Below are positions 54,778 through 63,966 of a stretch of 64,000 nt of DNA, one piece after another (within the stretch, counting starts at the first letter, position 1; each line of letters opens with the position of its first letter). Position numbers and translations under genes: made by a program. Below the pieces are notes generated by a model. The model did not search any database, had not been told where the DNA came from, and worked only from the letters and a program-made list of their open reading frames with translations. The stretch is from Candidatus Sericytochromatia bacterium. GTDB taxonomy: Bacteria > Cyanobacteriota > Sericytochromatia > UBA7694. The DNA is taken from contig JBFWRL010000001.1 in the NCBI GenBank assembly GCA_050248915.1, positions 68,218-132,217 on the forward strand, given 5' to 3'.

Positions 54778-56343
54778 TTAAGGCGGCGGAAGATCTTCAG
54801 GATCCAGCGGTGCGGGCTCAACCTTGCTCAGAGGCTTTTGCCAGCGTTGAATCAGGGCTTTGATACCCGCACCCGCTCCGATCAGGGCGGCAAAGAGCAT
54901 TGTGGCGCGAAAGAGTTCTTTGCCACCGAGGGCCAGCGGGAAAAAGAGCAGGCCGAGTAAATAGGCAATGGCCAAGGCCCGTGAACTGAGCAAGGCCAGA
55001 CGCTGCACCAGGATCAGCTTGAGCAGCAGCCAGAGCAGCCAGGCTGAGCCAAAATAAATCAGCAGGGGTGGCAGCACCACGAGGATTTCAACCAAGAGCT
55101 TGAGGGTGTCTCCCAGGGCGCGGTTGAGCTTGTATTGAATCTGCTCACCCACCCCTTCGAGATTCCAGAAACGGCTGGGGGCTTTTTGGGTTAATTGCAG
55201 CTCAACACTGGCCATGCGCAGCATCTGTTCAAATTCCTGGCGTTTGAGAACCTGTTCACGCAATTGGCGTTTGAGCCTGCGCTGGGCCGCTTTGTCTGTA
55301 GCGTCTTGAACCTGAATCTGCAGATCGTCTTGATCCAGTTTTTGGGTTTGGACCTGTTTCCAGAGATCTTCGCTGCGGATATTTTTATTGCGCACCTCTC
55401 CGGTTTTTTCGATCTTCTCAATCACCGTCAGCAAATGCTGTTTGGGCACCTTAAAGCTGATCTGGGCGGAGGCCATCCCGTTTTCGGGCCGGGACATGGT
55501 CGAGCTGACAATATAGCCGTTGTGCTGGTTCACAATCAAACTGGTGGCGGTAAAGGCCTGGGTCAATTGGGGCACATCCACGCCCAGGGAGGCACTTTTG
55601 ACCAGATAATCGGCCTGGTTATAGCCCTGCAGCAGGGGAATCGGCGAAGCCGGAGGTGGAGCAGCAATCGCTGAGCGCTCTTTTAAGTCTTGGCCTGCCT
55701 GTCTTTGGCTGGTTTGGCCCTCTGGTCGGCTGGCCAATAAATCATTGCTGTTTTGCTTTTTTAACTCTGTTTGACTGCGGGTAAGGCTGTCTGCCTCATT
55801 GGCCGAGGCACTTTCTTCTTCTTTGGCCGCGCCCAGTACCATCGGCGGGGCGGCAGGTTGGTTTTTATCCAGCCGGCCCCGCAAGGGGGTCTCATCCCCA
55901 AGCAGATCGGAGCGGGTACCCACCTGCCCACCACCGGGCAGGCGTTTGGCATGGGTGGTGTCTAAACTGCCCGCCAGATTCTGGCGTCCTTCTTGTAAGC
56001 CCATTGAAGAAGGCGCTTCTGCTTGTTTGAGGGCCCGGTCAAAGAGGCCGTTTTGCTTGGGTATCAGCAGGGCCACTGCCAAAACCGCTGCGGCCACCGA
56101 AATAGCAGGGGGGGACTTAATCAGTTTGAGCACACGCACAGACCAGGGCTCCGGTTTAAGCGGAGCCAAGCGGGGATTGAGTTCACTCCAAAATTGTTCA
56201 AAATAATCGGGGGGGGGGGCCGTTTTTACGCTTTGGAGCAATGCGCGCAGCTCGGGCTCGATCGGCGGATCTTCAGCCAAAAATGCAGGAGACAGCACGT
56301 CTTCATCCGACTCAGAAAAAGAGTTTTCTTGTTCGGGGCTCAT
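54778..56343 (-). CDS. Membrane anti-sigma factor with C-terminal DUF4349-like domain
   Basis: Acidic N-terminal cytoplasmic segment. One TM helix (ISVAAAVLAVALLI). A long periplasmic region ends in a C-terminal TM. A 4-nt ATGA overlap joins it to the upstream ECF sigma gene. The DUF4349 assignment is from memory. Confidence 0.7.
   Translation of the reverse strand: MSPEQENSFSESDEDVLSPAFLAEDPPIEPELRALLQSVKTAPPPDYFEQFWSELNPRLAPLKPEPWSVRVLKLIKSPPAISVAAAVLAVALLIPKQNGLFDRALKQAEAPSSMGLQEGRQNLAGSLDTTHAKRLPGGGQVGTRSDLLGDETPLRGRLDKNQPAAPPMVLGAAKEEESASANEADSLTRSQTELKKQNSNDLLASRPEGQTSQRQAGQDLKERSAIAAPPPASPIPLLQGYNQADYLVKSASLGVDVPQLTQAFTATSLIVNQHNGYIVSSTMSRPENGMASAQISFKVPKQHLLTVIEKIEKTGEVRNKNIRSEDLWKQVQTQKLDQDDLQIQVQDATDKAAQRRLKRQLREQVLKRQEFEQMLRMASVELQLTQKAPSRFWNLEGVGEQIQYKLNRALGDTLKLLVEILVVLPPLLIYFGSAWLLWLLLKLILVQRLALLSSRALAIAYLLGLLFFPLALGGKELFRATMLFAALIGAGAGIKALIQRWQKPLSKVEPAPLDPEDLPPP
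56209..56219. repeat. G11 (C11 on coding strand) homopolymeric tract inside the anti-sigma-factor ORF (codons 41-45, AP-P-P-D)
   Basis: aaataatcgggggggggggcc read directly. Confidence 0.9.
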
Positions 56344-56939
56344 GGGGTGTCTCCTCTCAGGGCAAAATACGGTTGCAATAATTCTTTGAGTTTTTTGCGG
56401 GCATAGTGCAAACGGGATCGCACCGTGCCCGCCGGGGTGCCCAGCACCTCCGCTGCTTCTGCGCAGTTCAGCTCTTCAAGTTCCACCAGGGTGACCACCT
56501 CGCGGTGTTCGGGGGAAAGCGTCTCCAGGGCCTTAAAGATCTGGTCCCGCACCTCGGCCTGCTCCAATTGCTCGGGGGTCTTGTCAAAATCCCCCCCGGC
56601 CTGCCGGGCAAATTCTTCGGGCTCGGTCGGCAATTCGCGCCGGGCTTTGCCTCGCAGGTGGTTGCGGGCCGTGTTCAAGGCAATGCGAAAGACCCAAGAG
56701 CGAAAAGCCTGTTTGTTTTGGAGCTGGGGCAACGCCCTGTGCACCTTGACAAAGACCTCTTGCAAGATATCGTTCACATCGTCGTGCTGGGGAATGATCC
56801 CATAGACCATCCCATAGAGCTGCGGCATAAATTCTCTTACCACCTCTTTAAAGGCCTGTTGATCGCCCTGTTGGGCTCGATTGAGTTTTTGGATCAGTTC
56901 GTTGTTCACTGCTGTCCGTTTGGTTTCTTCGGGTTTCAA
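56340..56939 (-). CDS. ECF-family RNA polymerase sigma factor (sigma-24/RpoE-like)
   Basis: Region 2 (…VFVKVHRALPQLQNKQAFRSWVFRIALNTARNHLR…) and region 4 (…EHREVVTLVELEELNCAEAAEVLGTPAGTVRSRLHYARKKLKELL). Confidence 0.85.
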   Translation of the reverse strand: MKPEETKRTAVNNELIQKLNRAQQGDQQAFKEVVREFMPQLYGMVYGIIPQHDDVNDILQEVFVKVHRALPQLQNKQAFRSWVFRIALNTARNHLRGKARRELPTEPEEFARQAGGDFDKTPEQLEQAEVRDQIFKALETLSPEHREVVTLVELEELNCAEAAEVLGTPAGTVRSRLHYARKKLKELLQPYFALRGDTP

Positions 56940-57063
56940 GTGTTAAGACCCTGCGCCTATCAAAAGTGTTCAAAACTCGGAAATCTGTTTTTATCAAAAG
57001 ATCTGCTGCTGGCAGTTTACAATATCTTTTGGGGAGCTGGTTCAGGCTGAGAGATAAAGCAGT

Positions 57064-58188
57064 TTGGCCTCTTGTTGCGCCCGCGAATCAGGCAAGTGGG
57101 CTGTTTGCTCCATGATACACTGGAAAAACACATCAACCCTCTTCAGGTTTACAGCGATGGATTCTCATGACCCCCAGCAATTGTATCAATGGCTTTTGGC
57201 CCCCAGCCTACCATCAGAGGCAAAAATCCCAGAGATCAGCCGCGATGGCCGTTTACTCAACCCGCGGGCCTGGCTCTTGGGAGAGATCGTGGCCCAGGGC
57301 GATTTGCCGATCGAAAGCTGGGAGCCGGTCTCGATGCGGGAGCGCTATCTGGCCGGGGCAAACGCCCTGGAGTGTCTGCCAACGGGTATCAGTACTCAAG
57401 ACCTGAGCTATGAGGGACCAGGGGGGAAACTGGCTCTGCGCCTGTATCACCCAGCGGAAAACCCAACCAAAGAACCCTTGCCCTGCATTTTGTTTTTACA
57501 TGGGGGAGGCATGGTGATTGGCAATCTCGACAGCCATTCAGGCCTCTGCGCCCGTTTGAGTCAAAGCAGTGGCATGGCTGTCTTGGCCCTGGACTACCGT
57601 TTGGCCCCCGAGCACCCTTTTCCAGCGGCCTTAGAAGACGCAGAGGCAACGTGGCACTGGTTGCGGGCCCAAGCTCCAGTACTGGGCCTCAATCCAGCCA
57701 AATTGGCGATTGCCGGTGACAGTGCCGGTGGCAATCTGACAGCCGCCCTGGTGCATCTCTTGCTCAGCCAATCAGAGCCCCCACCTCAGGCCCAGGTCTT
57801 GCTTTATCCCTGGCTCGATCTGGCACAAAACTGGCCCTCATTGCAGAGCATGGCCGATGGGCCGATCTTAAGCCGCGAGGCCATCGACTGGTTTCGGCGA
57901 CAATACCTGGGTCAAGCCCATTCCACAGCCCTCACAGACCCGCGTCTTTCCCCGCTCTCTGCTCCCACCTGTGGCCAAGAGCCCCCCAGTTTTGTCTTGA
58001 CCTGTGGCTTTGACCCCCTGCGTGATATGGGCCAAGCGTATGCCCAGAGCCGCCAAGCGGCAGGCGTAGAGGTTGAAGCTGTGGAATACCCAGGACAGAT
58101 TCACGCCTTTTTGCAAGCCCCGGCCGTCTTTCCCGAAGCCCAAATCGCTTTGACACAGCTGGCTGATTGGCTCAAGACAAAATTCTAA
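57064..58188 (+). CDS. Alpha/beta-hydrolase fold-3 esterase/lipase (Aes-like)
   Basis: LFLHGGGMVIGN (HGGG oxyanion motif) and GDSAGGNL (nucleophile). A possible later start is M at 57145. Confidence 0.75.
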   Translation: MASCCARESGKWAVCSMIHWKNTSTLFRFTAMDSHDPQQLYQWLLAPSLPSEAKIPEISRDGRLLNPRAWLLGEIVAQGDLPIESWEPVSMRERYLAGANALECLPTGISTQDLSYEGPGGKLALRLYHPAENPTKEPLPCILFLHGGGMVIGNLDSHSGLCARLSQSSGMAVLALDYRLAPEHPFPAALEDAEATWHWLRAQAPVLGLNPAKLAIAGDSAGGNLTAALVHLLLSQSEPPPQAQVLLYPWLDLAQNWPSLQSMADGPILSREAIDWFRRQYLGQAHSTALTDPRLSPLSAPTCGQEPPSFVLTCGFDPLRDMGQAYAQSRQAAGVEVEAVEYPGQIHAFLQAPAVFPEAQIALTQLADWLKTKF

Positions 58189-59855
58189 ACAGCTGCCAGA
58201 GGAAAACGCAAGACCCAATGGGTGCCATCGGGGCGCTCCACCTGCCCACAGGCACCGTCCAATTGACGCGCCAAGCGGTCGACCAAATGCAAACCCAGGC
58301 CCTGGCGAAATTCGGCAGGCAAACCCTGGCCATTGTCGACAATCTCCAATTGTGCTTCACCGGCCTCTTCAATCAGGCGCAGGGTAATACAGTCCCTTTC
58401 CCCCGTTTGGGGAAAGGCATATTTAAAGGCATTGGTCAGCAACTCATTGGCAATCAGACCGCAGGGCATGGCCTGATCCATGCGCAAAACCAGCGGCTGA
58501 AGCGCCAATTCCAATTGCACAGGCACAGCTCCAGCGTGTTGAGCATAAAGCTCCCGGCTGAGCACCTGCAAATATTCACCAAAATGCACGGTCGCCGAAA
58601 AGCCCTGGTCATAGAGTTTTTCGTGTACCAATAACATGCTGTGCAACCGACTGCGCACATCTTTGAGTGATTCTCCCACCTGCACAAAAGGTGTGCGGCG
58701 GATTTGCATATTGAGCAGGCTGATCATGATCTGAAAATTGTTTTTCACGCGGTGATGAATCTCTTGCAGCAAAACTTCGCGCTCGTTAAACGCCGATTGC
58801 AAAAGTTCGGCATTGACCCGGCGGCGGCTGATATCTTTCATGCTGCCCAACATGCGCACCACCGTTCCGCCTTCGTCTTTGAGAAAGAGCCCTGTATCTT
58901 CGACCCACACAAACGAACCATCTTTGCGCTGCAGACGGTACTCCATCGAGAAATGACCATCGGCCCGGGCCGCTTGATCCAAAACCGCCAGGGTTGCAGC
59001 CCGCTCAGATTCATGGATCATCGATTCCCAAACCTCAATATTCACATCTTGATAGGTGGGTGTGTCAAAGCCGGTAATCCGCTCGATCGCCCCAACCCAC
59101 TCAATTTCCCCACTGCTCACATCCCAATCGTAGATCATTTGGCCTGTTTGTTCAGCCACAATCCGGTAACGCTTTTCACTGTCTTGGATCTGAGACTCCA
59201 ACTGGCGCCGCTGCGAAATATCACGGGAGATCACCACAAAGGCTTCGACACCCGGCACATCCAATAAACTCTGCCCCAGGGATTCAAGCAAAACATAGCC
59301 GCCGTTTTTATGGATATGGCGCAGTTCAAACATCACAGACTGGCCCGGATGGGTCCGGCTCCACTCCATGCAGGCAAAAACCTTGGCCTGATCTTCTGGA
59401 TGCACAACTTCCAAGGCACTTTTGCCCATCAGTTCAGCCGGTGTAAAGCCCGTAATCCGCTCCAAAGCAGGGCTGAGATAACGCGGCAAACCATCTGAAG
59501 TGAGAATCACAAGAATATCTGCCAAATGCTCCAACAATTGCCGAATGCGGGCCTCACCCACCACAAAATCCATGGGCCGAAACTGCAAAGCGGTTTCAAT
59601 CTGAACAAAGACCGCCACCGGGTCAGCAAGGGCAGAGTCCAGGTCCAGGCCAAGACACGCAGCCGGCAAAGTGTGCTGCTTTGCAACAGGCACAGTGGCC
59701 TTGTCGAGCAAGACCATCTCTGCTGCAGCAACTTTATCCAAAGGCAATTCGGCATAAGGCCCCCAAACGCGATAACCCCGTTTATGCAGGAGATCGGCAA
59801 ATTGCTGCCAGCCAGGCTCTGGGGAAGCCCAAATGAGCAATTGAGCATTAAACAT
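58185..59855 (-). CDS. Sensor histidine kinase with two PAS domains and HisKA_2-type dimerization domain
   Basis: The H-box EIHHRVKNNFQIMISLLNMQ is HisKA_2/HWE-like. An HATPase_c follows. Two PAS-like segments precede it. A degenerate REC-like N-terminus may be present. Confidence 0.8.
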   Translation of the reverse strand: MFNAQLLIWASPEPGWQQFADLLHKRGYRVWGPYAELPLDKVAAAEMVLLDKATVPVAKQHTLPAACLGLDLDSALADPVAVFVQIETALQFRPMDFVVGEARIRQLLEHLADILVILTSDGLPRYLSPALERITGFTPAELMGKSALEVVHPEDQAKVFACMEWSRTHPGQSVMFELRHIHKNGGYVLLESLGQSLLDVPGVEAFVVISRDISQRRQLESQIQDSEKRYRIVAEQTGQMIYDWDVSSGEIEWVGAIERITGFDTPTYQDVNIEVWESMIHESERAATLAVLDQAARADGHFSMEYRLQRKDGSFVWVEDTGLFLKDEGGTVVRMLGSMKDISRRRVNAELLQSAFNEREVLLQEIHHRVKNNFQIMISLLNMQIRRTPFVQVGESLKDVRSRLHSMLLVHEKLYDQGFSATVHFGEYLQVLSRELYAQHAGAVPVQLELALQPLVLRMDQAMPCGLIANELLTNAFKYAFPQTGERDCITLRLIEEAGEAQLEIVDNGQGLPAEFRQGLGLHLVDRLARQLDGACGQVERPDGTHWVLRFPLAAV

Positions 59856-60909
59856 CTCTCCGTTCTCCTTGTCCCCAAGCTGGGTTTATTTTTCCCAAAC
59901 TGCGTTCAATTGAATCCACCAAAGCCTGAACCGCTGTCGAGATCGTGCCTGCAGTCAGCAACTCGGGCAGATTGGAATGAATATATGCGCCCAGTTCCGG
60001 GTCGTTGAGTTGCTCCAACAGCACATCGTATTCGCCATCAAAGCCCAAGAGCAAATTGTGGTTGGGCCGGGCCCAAGGCGCTTCGGTCAGAAAGAGTGGC
60101 AAAACATCGCGCTGCAGGAGCACCACAGGCACAGTGCCTACAATGGCCGACTGCACGGTGCGGGCACTGTGAAAAAAATACCCCGAGCGGGGCTGGAGCT
60201 GAAAGCGAAAGCGATTGGCGGCAGCATAACATTGGCGAAAGGTATAACTCTGTTGGTGCCCTTCAAAATACAGGCGGTCTTGGGCCAGAAAATACTCCAA
60301 TTGCTGCAAGCGTTGCCACGCCTGTGGCGGCAAGCGAGAATAGCCCCAAGCCTCTGCTTTACCCAGGTAGAGCAATCCCTGTTTTTTTTCTTCCCAGGGC
60401 AAGATCTGCCCCCGAAACAACTCGGGGTCGGCCAAAGAGTAGAGATGGCGCTCAAATGAGGCGCGGTATTTGTTTTCAGAGGGCTGAAAATCCAGCAGGC
60501 TGTTATAAAACACACTGTGGGGCACAAAGGCCTCGACAAAGCGCTCGTGTTTGCGGGCTGCGTTCTGGTATTCATCAACATAATAGGCTGCGGGTGAATA
60601 GATCGGCTCGGAGGTCAGTAGACTCTGATACATATAAGTTTTTTTGACCTTTTGCCAAGCCCTAAGAAAATCCGCATCAAAATGTTGATCCGCCCCGCAG
60701 ACAATCAAGATTTCAGCATCTGAGTGATTCAGCAATTCTGGACGCAAGCAGAAATCATCCAAGCCAAAGATCAGCCCTGGTTTGAGGCCATGTTGGGCCA
60801 ATTTTTCAAGCAAAAATTCGCCGTGGGAAGGCATATACATGGCCATATGAACATCCCGGTGGGGGCGTTTGAGGTTTTGCTTCTGAAGCACGATATCGAA
60901 TTGCAGCAT
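59848..60909 (-). CDS. Hypothetical protein, possibly GT-B-fold glycosyltransferase-like, co-transcribed with the kinase
   Basis: An 8-nt overlap joins it to the upstream kinase gene. The C-terminal …FFHSARTVQSAIVGTVPVVLL… resembles the E-x7-E/donor-binding region of group-1 transferases. The call is weak. Confidence 0.4.
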   Translation of the reverse strand: MLQFDIVLQKQNLKRPHRDVHMAMYMPSHGEFLLEKLAQHGLKPGLIFGLDDFCLRPELLNHSDAEILIVCGADQHFDADFLRAWQKVKKTYMYQSLLTSEPIYSPAAYYVDEYQNAARKHERFVEAFVPHSVFYNSLLDFQPSENKYRASFERHLYSLADPELFRGQILPWEEKKQGLLYLGKAEAWGYSRLPPQAWQRLQQLEYFLAQDRLYFEGHQQSYTFRQCYAAANRFRFQLQPRSGYFFHSARTVQSAIVGTVPVVLLQRDVLPLFLTEAPWARPNHNLLLGFDGEYDVLLEQLNDPELGAYIHSNLPELLTAGTISTAVQALVDSIERSLGKINPAWGQGERRDV

Positions 60910-61012
60910 GGCTCATTCTAGCTTGTTTTTAAACGGGTTTACCAGCCTCTGCTTGAAGCTTTTGTATCTGCCCTGTATAATCAGCGGAAAGAGCAGAGAA
61001 GGGGCCATTGCC

Positions 61013-61492
61013 ATGCCTGTGAATATTGCCAAGCAAACAACAGCCACGCGCACAGAATTGTGGGCCAGTTTGGGACTGGCCAGCTTTGTTTTTCTGTTTG
61101 GCCTTTTTTTGCCAATCAATATCCTGCGCCAAGCCCATTTAGAACGCGACCTCCAACTCAATGGCAAAAGCATCCAAGCCACCGTCGTCGCTGAGACCAC
61201 CTGCCCATCCAAACCCAAACCTGTTGCCTGCCATCAAATCAGCTATCGGGTCCAAGACAAAGCGTACACAGGTCACCTTGTTCGCCCAGATTTAAAAACC
61301 GGGCAACACATTCAGGTGGTGTATGCCCCCAGCCAACCCGCTTTTCATCAGCCCGCTGATTACCAGGGCCCCGCCTGGAACGAGGGTCTTCAAGGGCGTC
61401 TTTTACTCACATTGGTGCTGGGTTTGGTCTTTTGTGGGACCGCAGTCCTGGTCTTTAAAGAAACCTGGAAAAAAACCAAAATCACCGCTTGA
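61013..61492 (+). CDS. Hypothetical membrane protein (DUF3592-like)
   Basis: Start trimmed to ATG 61013. A TATAAT at 60975-60980 and a GAAGGGG RBS lie upstream. One N-terminal and one C-terminal TM helix flank a beta-rich segment. Confidence 0.4.
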   Translation: MPVNIAKQTTATRTELWASLGLASFVFLFGLFLPINILRQAHLERDLQLNGKSIQATVVAETTCPSKPKPVACHQISYRVQDKAYTGHLVRPDLKTGQHIQVVYAPSQPAFHQPADYQGPAWNEGLQGRLLLTLVLGLVFCGTAVLVFKETWKKTKITA

Positions 61493-61671
61493 GAAACCTC
61501 CAAATAATCAGAGATTGACACATATCAAGCTTTTGGCCAGGGCTAAACCCAACATCCCCAAAGGCCGCAATTCTACAATAGAAAACAAGCCCAGCTGAAA
61601 TATCAGGCGGGCCAGTCCAATTCGATTAAACAACCACAAAGCAAACTTCTTGCTTGTGTTATCTTCCCTGT

Positions 61672-61702
61672 CCCGGCAGCGTTTACAACTGCCGGGTTTT
61701 TT
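61672..61702 (+). terminator. Plus-strand rho-independent terminator 180 nt downstream of the nearest plus-strand gene
   Basis: Stem cccggcag / ctgccggg (61672-61679 and 61689-61696) with a 9-nt loop, followed by T6 (61697-61702). Confidence 0.65.
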
Positions 61703-61707
61703 CTGCG

Positions 61708-62844
61708 CTAGCGGCGCGGCACAGGCGGGTGTTGGGCCAGTTCCAAGCGCCGTTTAACCTCAGCCCGAATCTCGTCCAGGCGGTGATGCACCGAATCCCC
61801 CGGACAGCTCTTGGTGCTAAAATCGCGATGCCCATAAAATTCTTGGGTGGCAATCCCGTATTCAGAGGTCAACCAAGTCATGAGATCGAGCAGGGCCGCA
61901 TACGATTCAGGGGTCAGTGGGTCTTGACCGGGATCATAATCGCCGATGATACAAATGCCAATATAATTGGTATTGGGGGTAGAATGTGCCCCAATCACGG
62001 TTTCCGGGCGTCCTTGATAGATCACCCCATCTGGGCCAATCAAAAAGTGATAGCCAATATCCGACCATTTATTGTCATTCATGTGGTAGTTCTGAATCCC
62101 ACGAATAGTGGCATCTTTGAGATATTGTGCCGCGGTGGGCTTCCAGGTATGGTGTAAAACAATGGCAGCAGGGGTGTGGGGGGTGTATTCACCCTTGGGG
62201 GGACGGGCCCGCCAGGCTTCTCGCGGCAGCACCTCGGGTTTGGGCACCAGGGCTTGTTTGCGACCCGCGCGGCTCAGGCCTGAACTGGGACGGGTTTTGC
62301 CAAATTGAAAGCTGATTCCCTCAAAGAGTGGCAAACGGACCGCGTCGGGGCTTTTAAACAGCACCTGATACTGAATAAACCGCATCTGTTGAGGCAAGAG
62401 AATACTGCGCTCTTGAAACAGCGGCAGCCAACTTCCCCAATTGCGGCCATCATTGCTGACACGGGCTTGGACTTCGAGTTGGGCACCGGCTGGAATTTGG
62501 GCGCTCCAAGCAGGCATCACAGCGTTAAAGGCAAATGGAGCAGTATAGACCCGCGAGAGATAGCGGCCTTGACGGGCTTCGGGCTTGAGTTGCAAAGGCC
62601 CTTGGGTGCGCAGGTTTAAGTTTTCTTTTAAGAGGCCTTGGTCAAAATCGCGAAAGCGGTTTTCCAGCCAACGATCCCCTGCGCCATCGACCTCAAAGAG
62701 AGATTGAAATTCAAAGGCCCCGGAGGGGGCTTGCTGGGCCTGAAGCGTGGCAGAGGAAGGCGTTTTTAGTGGGGCAAAAGATTGACAAGCAGTGGTCAAA
62801 GCCAAAAGAGCACAGGCTCCCAGCCAAAGTGAATGCACTTTCAT
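61708..62844 (-). CDS. N-acetylmuramoyl-L-alanine amidase (Amidase_2 / PGRP-like) with N-terminal extension
   Basis: Signal peptide. The C-terminal block …AAIVLHHTWKPTAAQYLKDATIRGIQNYHMNDNKWSDIGYHFLIGPDGVIYQGR…GAHSTPNTNYIGICIIGDY…CPGD is the Amidase_2 signature. Confidence 0.8.
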   Translation of the reverse strand: MKVHSLWLGACALLALTTACQSFAPLKTPSSATLQAQQAPSGAFEFQSLFEVDGAGDRWLENRFRDFDQGLLKENLNLRTQGPLQLKPEARQGRYLSRVYTAPFAFNAVMPAWSAQIPAGAQLEVQARVSNDGRNWGSWLPLFQERSILLPQQMRFIQYQVLFKSPDAVRLPLFEGISFQFGKTRPSSGLSRAGRKQALVPKPEVLPREAWRARPPKGEYTPHTPAAIVLHHTWKPTAAQYLKDATIRGIQNYHMNDNKWSDIGYHFLIGPDGVIYQGRPETVIGAHSTPNTNYIGICIIGDYDPGQDPLTPESYAALLDLMTWLTSEYGIATQEFYGHRDFSTKSCPGDSVHHRLDEIRAEVKRRLELAQHPPVPRR

Positions 62845-62847
62845 GGC

Positions 62848-63147
62848 TTACTCCCAGCTGTCGTTTTGATCGGTCGAACCTTGGCGGCTGATTTCAGCCG
62901 AGACATCTTCATTGGAATAATCGGAGCTCTGTGCAGGGGCACTTTCTACCTCAACGGTTGTTTTACCACTGTTGCGGGCAGTGGCAGAAGTGGCAACAGG
63001 GGTGCGTGCAACCGTGTTGCTGCGCAAAGCAGAGGAGCCAACACTTCCAGGAGTAGTAAGAACAGGGGATTTGCTGCAACCACTGGAAAAAGCCAAGAGA
63101 CAAGCCGCCAGCAAAGTCAGAGAATAACGCATAAAAGGACTCCTCAT
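62848..63147 (-). CDS. Small Ser/Thr-rich lipoprotein
   Basis: Lipobox LAFSSGCS. 99 aa. It ends 4 nt before the amidase start. Confidence 0.5.
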   Translation of the reverse strand: MRSPFMRYSLTLLAACLLAFSSGCSKSPVLTTPGSVGSSALRSNTVARTPVATSATARNSGKTTVEVESAPAQSSDYSNEDVSAEISRQGSTDQNDSWE

Positions 63148-63258
63148 TCAAACACTTGATTAATGCCGGACAGATGTGTCCGTAATACACAGATTATCGG
63201 GCCCCAAGCGCCCAATCATTCTTAAAATAAAATTAAGACAAGAACAAGGAACGATTAA

Positions 63259-63966
63259 TTATTTGCCATTCAAGAGCAGTTGCACCGTGCGGTAAACCAC
63301 TTTTAAGTGTTCATCGGGTTCAGGGGCCTCGGGTTTGGCCAGCAGTGCTTCTGCCATCTCAAAATGGCTCAAGCTTTCCTCTTTTTTGCCCAGGCGAAAA
63401 ACGGTACGGGCCATCAGCAAACGTACCCGAATACGATCCAAAGGTGAGAGATCGTCTTGTTGCAGGGCTTTTTCGTAGAAGCGCATGGCCTTGTGGTGGT
63501 TGTCGAGTTCCAGTTCATACAATTCTCCGGCTCCCCAGAAATGCCCTGTTTGTTCATAACAAAAAGCCAGACGGGCGGCCAATTTATGCTCACGAAAGAC
63601 CTCAATGGCCTGCTCCATTTTTCCCATTTCAATCAGCAATTGGCCCACCTTGGCCCAGTCTTCTCCCTTTTGAGAATAAGACAGGGCCTGCCGCAAATCA
63701 CCCACTTGCTCCCAGGCAAAAGCCGCCTGTTTGGCATAGACATCGCTGCCTTCCAGCAACTCCTGCCAATGGTAAATGCGCTCATACAAACGCGCAGCTG
63801 ACGCATATTTTTTCTTTTGCATGGCCCTGGCAGCCAAGATCTTAAACAGCGGGGTGCCCAGGGGGCTAAACAGTAAAAAGGCGGTGATAGCCGAGAACAA
63901 GAGAAAAAGCGGAAAAATAATCAGAATCGCGGAGGCATTGAGCAGTGACGCGGCATGTTGTTGCAT
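63259..63966 (-). CDS. TPR-repeat membrane-anchored protein
   Basis: N-terminal TM helix (ILIIFPLFLLFSAITAFLLF) followed by TPR-like repeats (…YAKQAAFAWEQVGDLRQALSYSQKGEDWAKVGQLLIEMGKMEQAIEVF…). Confidence 0.6.
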   Translation of the reverse strand: MQQHAASLLNASAILIIFPLFLLFSAITAFLLFSPLGTPLFKILAARAMQKKKYASAARLYERIYHWQELLEGSDVYAKQAAFAWEQVGDLRQALSYSQKGEDWAKVGQLLIEMGKMEQAIEVFREHKLAARLAFCYEQTGHFWGAGELYELELDNHHKAMRFYEKALQQDDLSPLDRIRVRLLMARTVFRLGKKEESLSHFEMAEALLAKPEAPEPDEHLKVVYRTVQLLLNGK

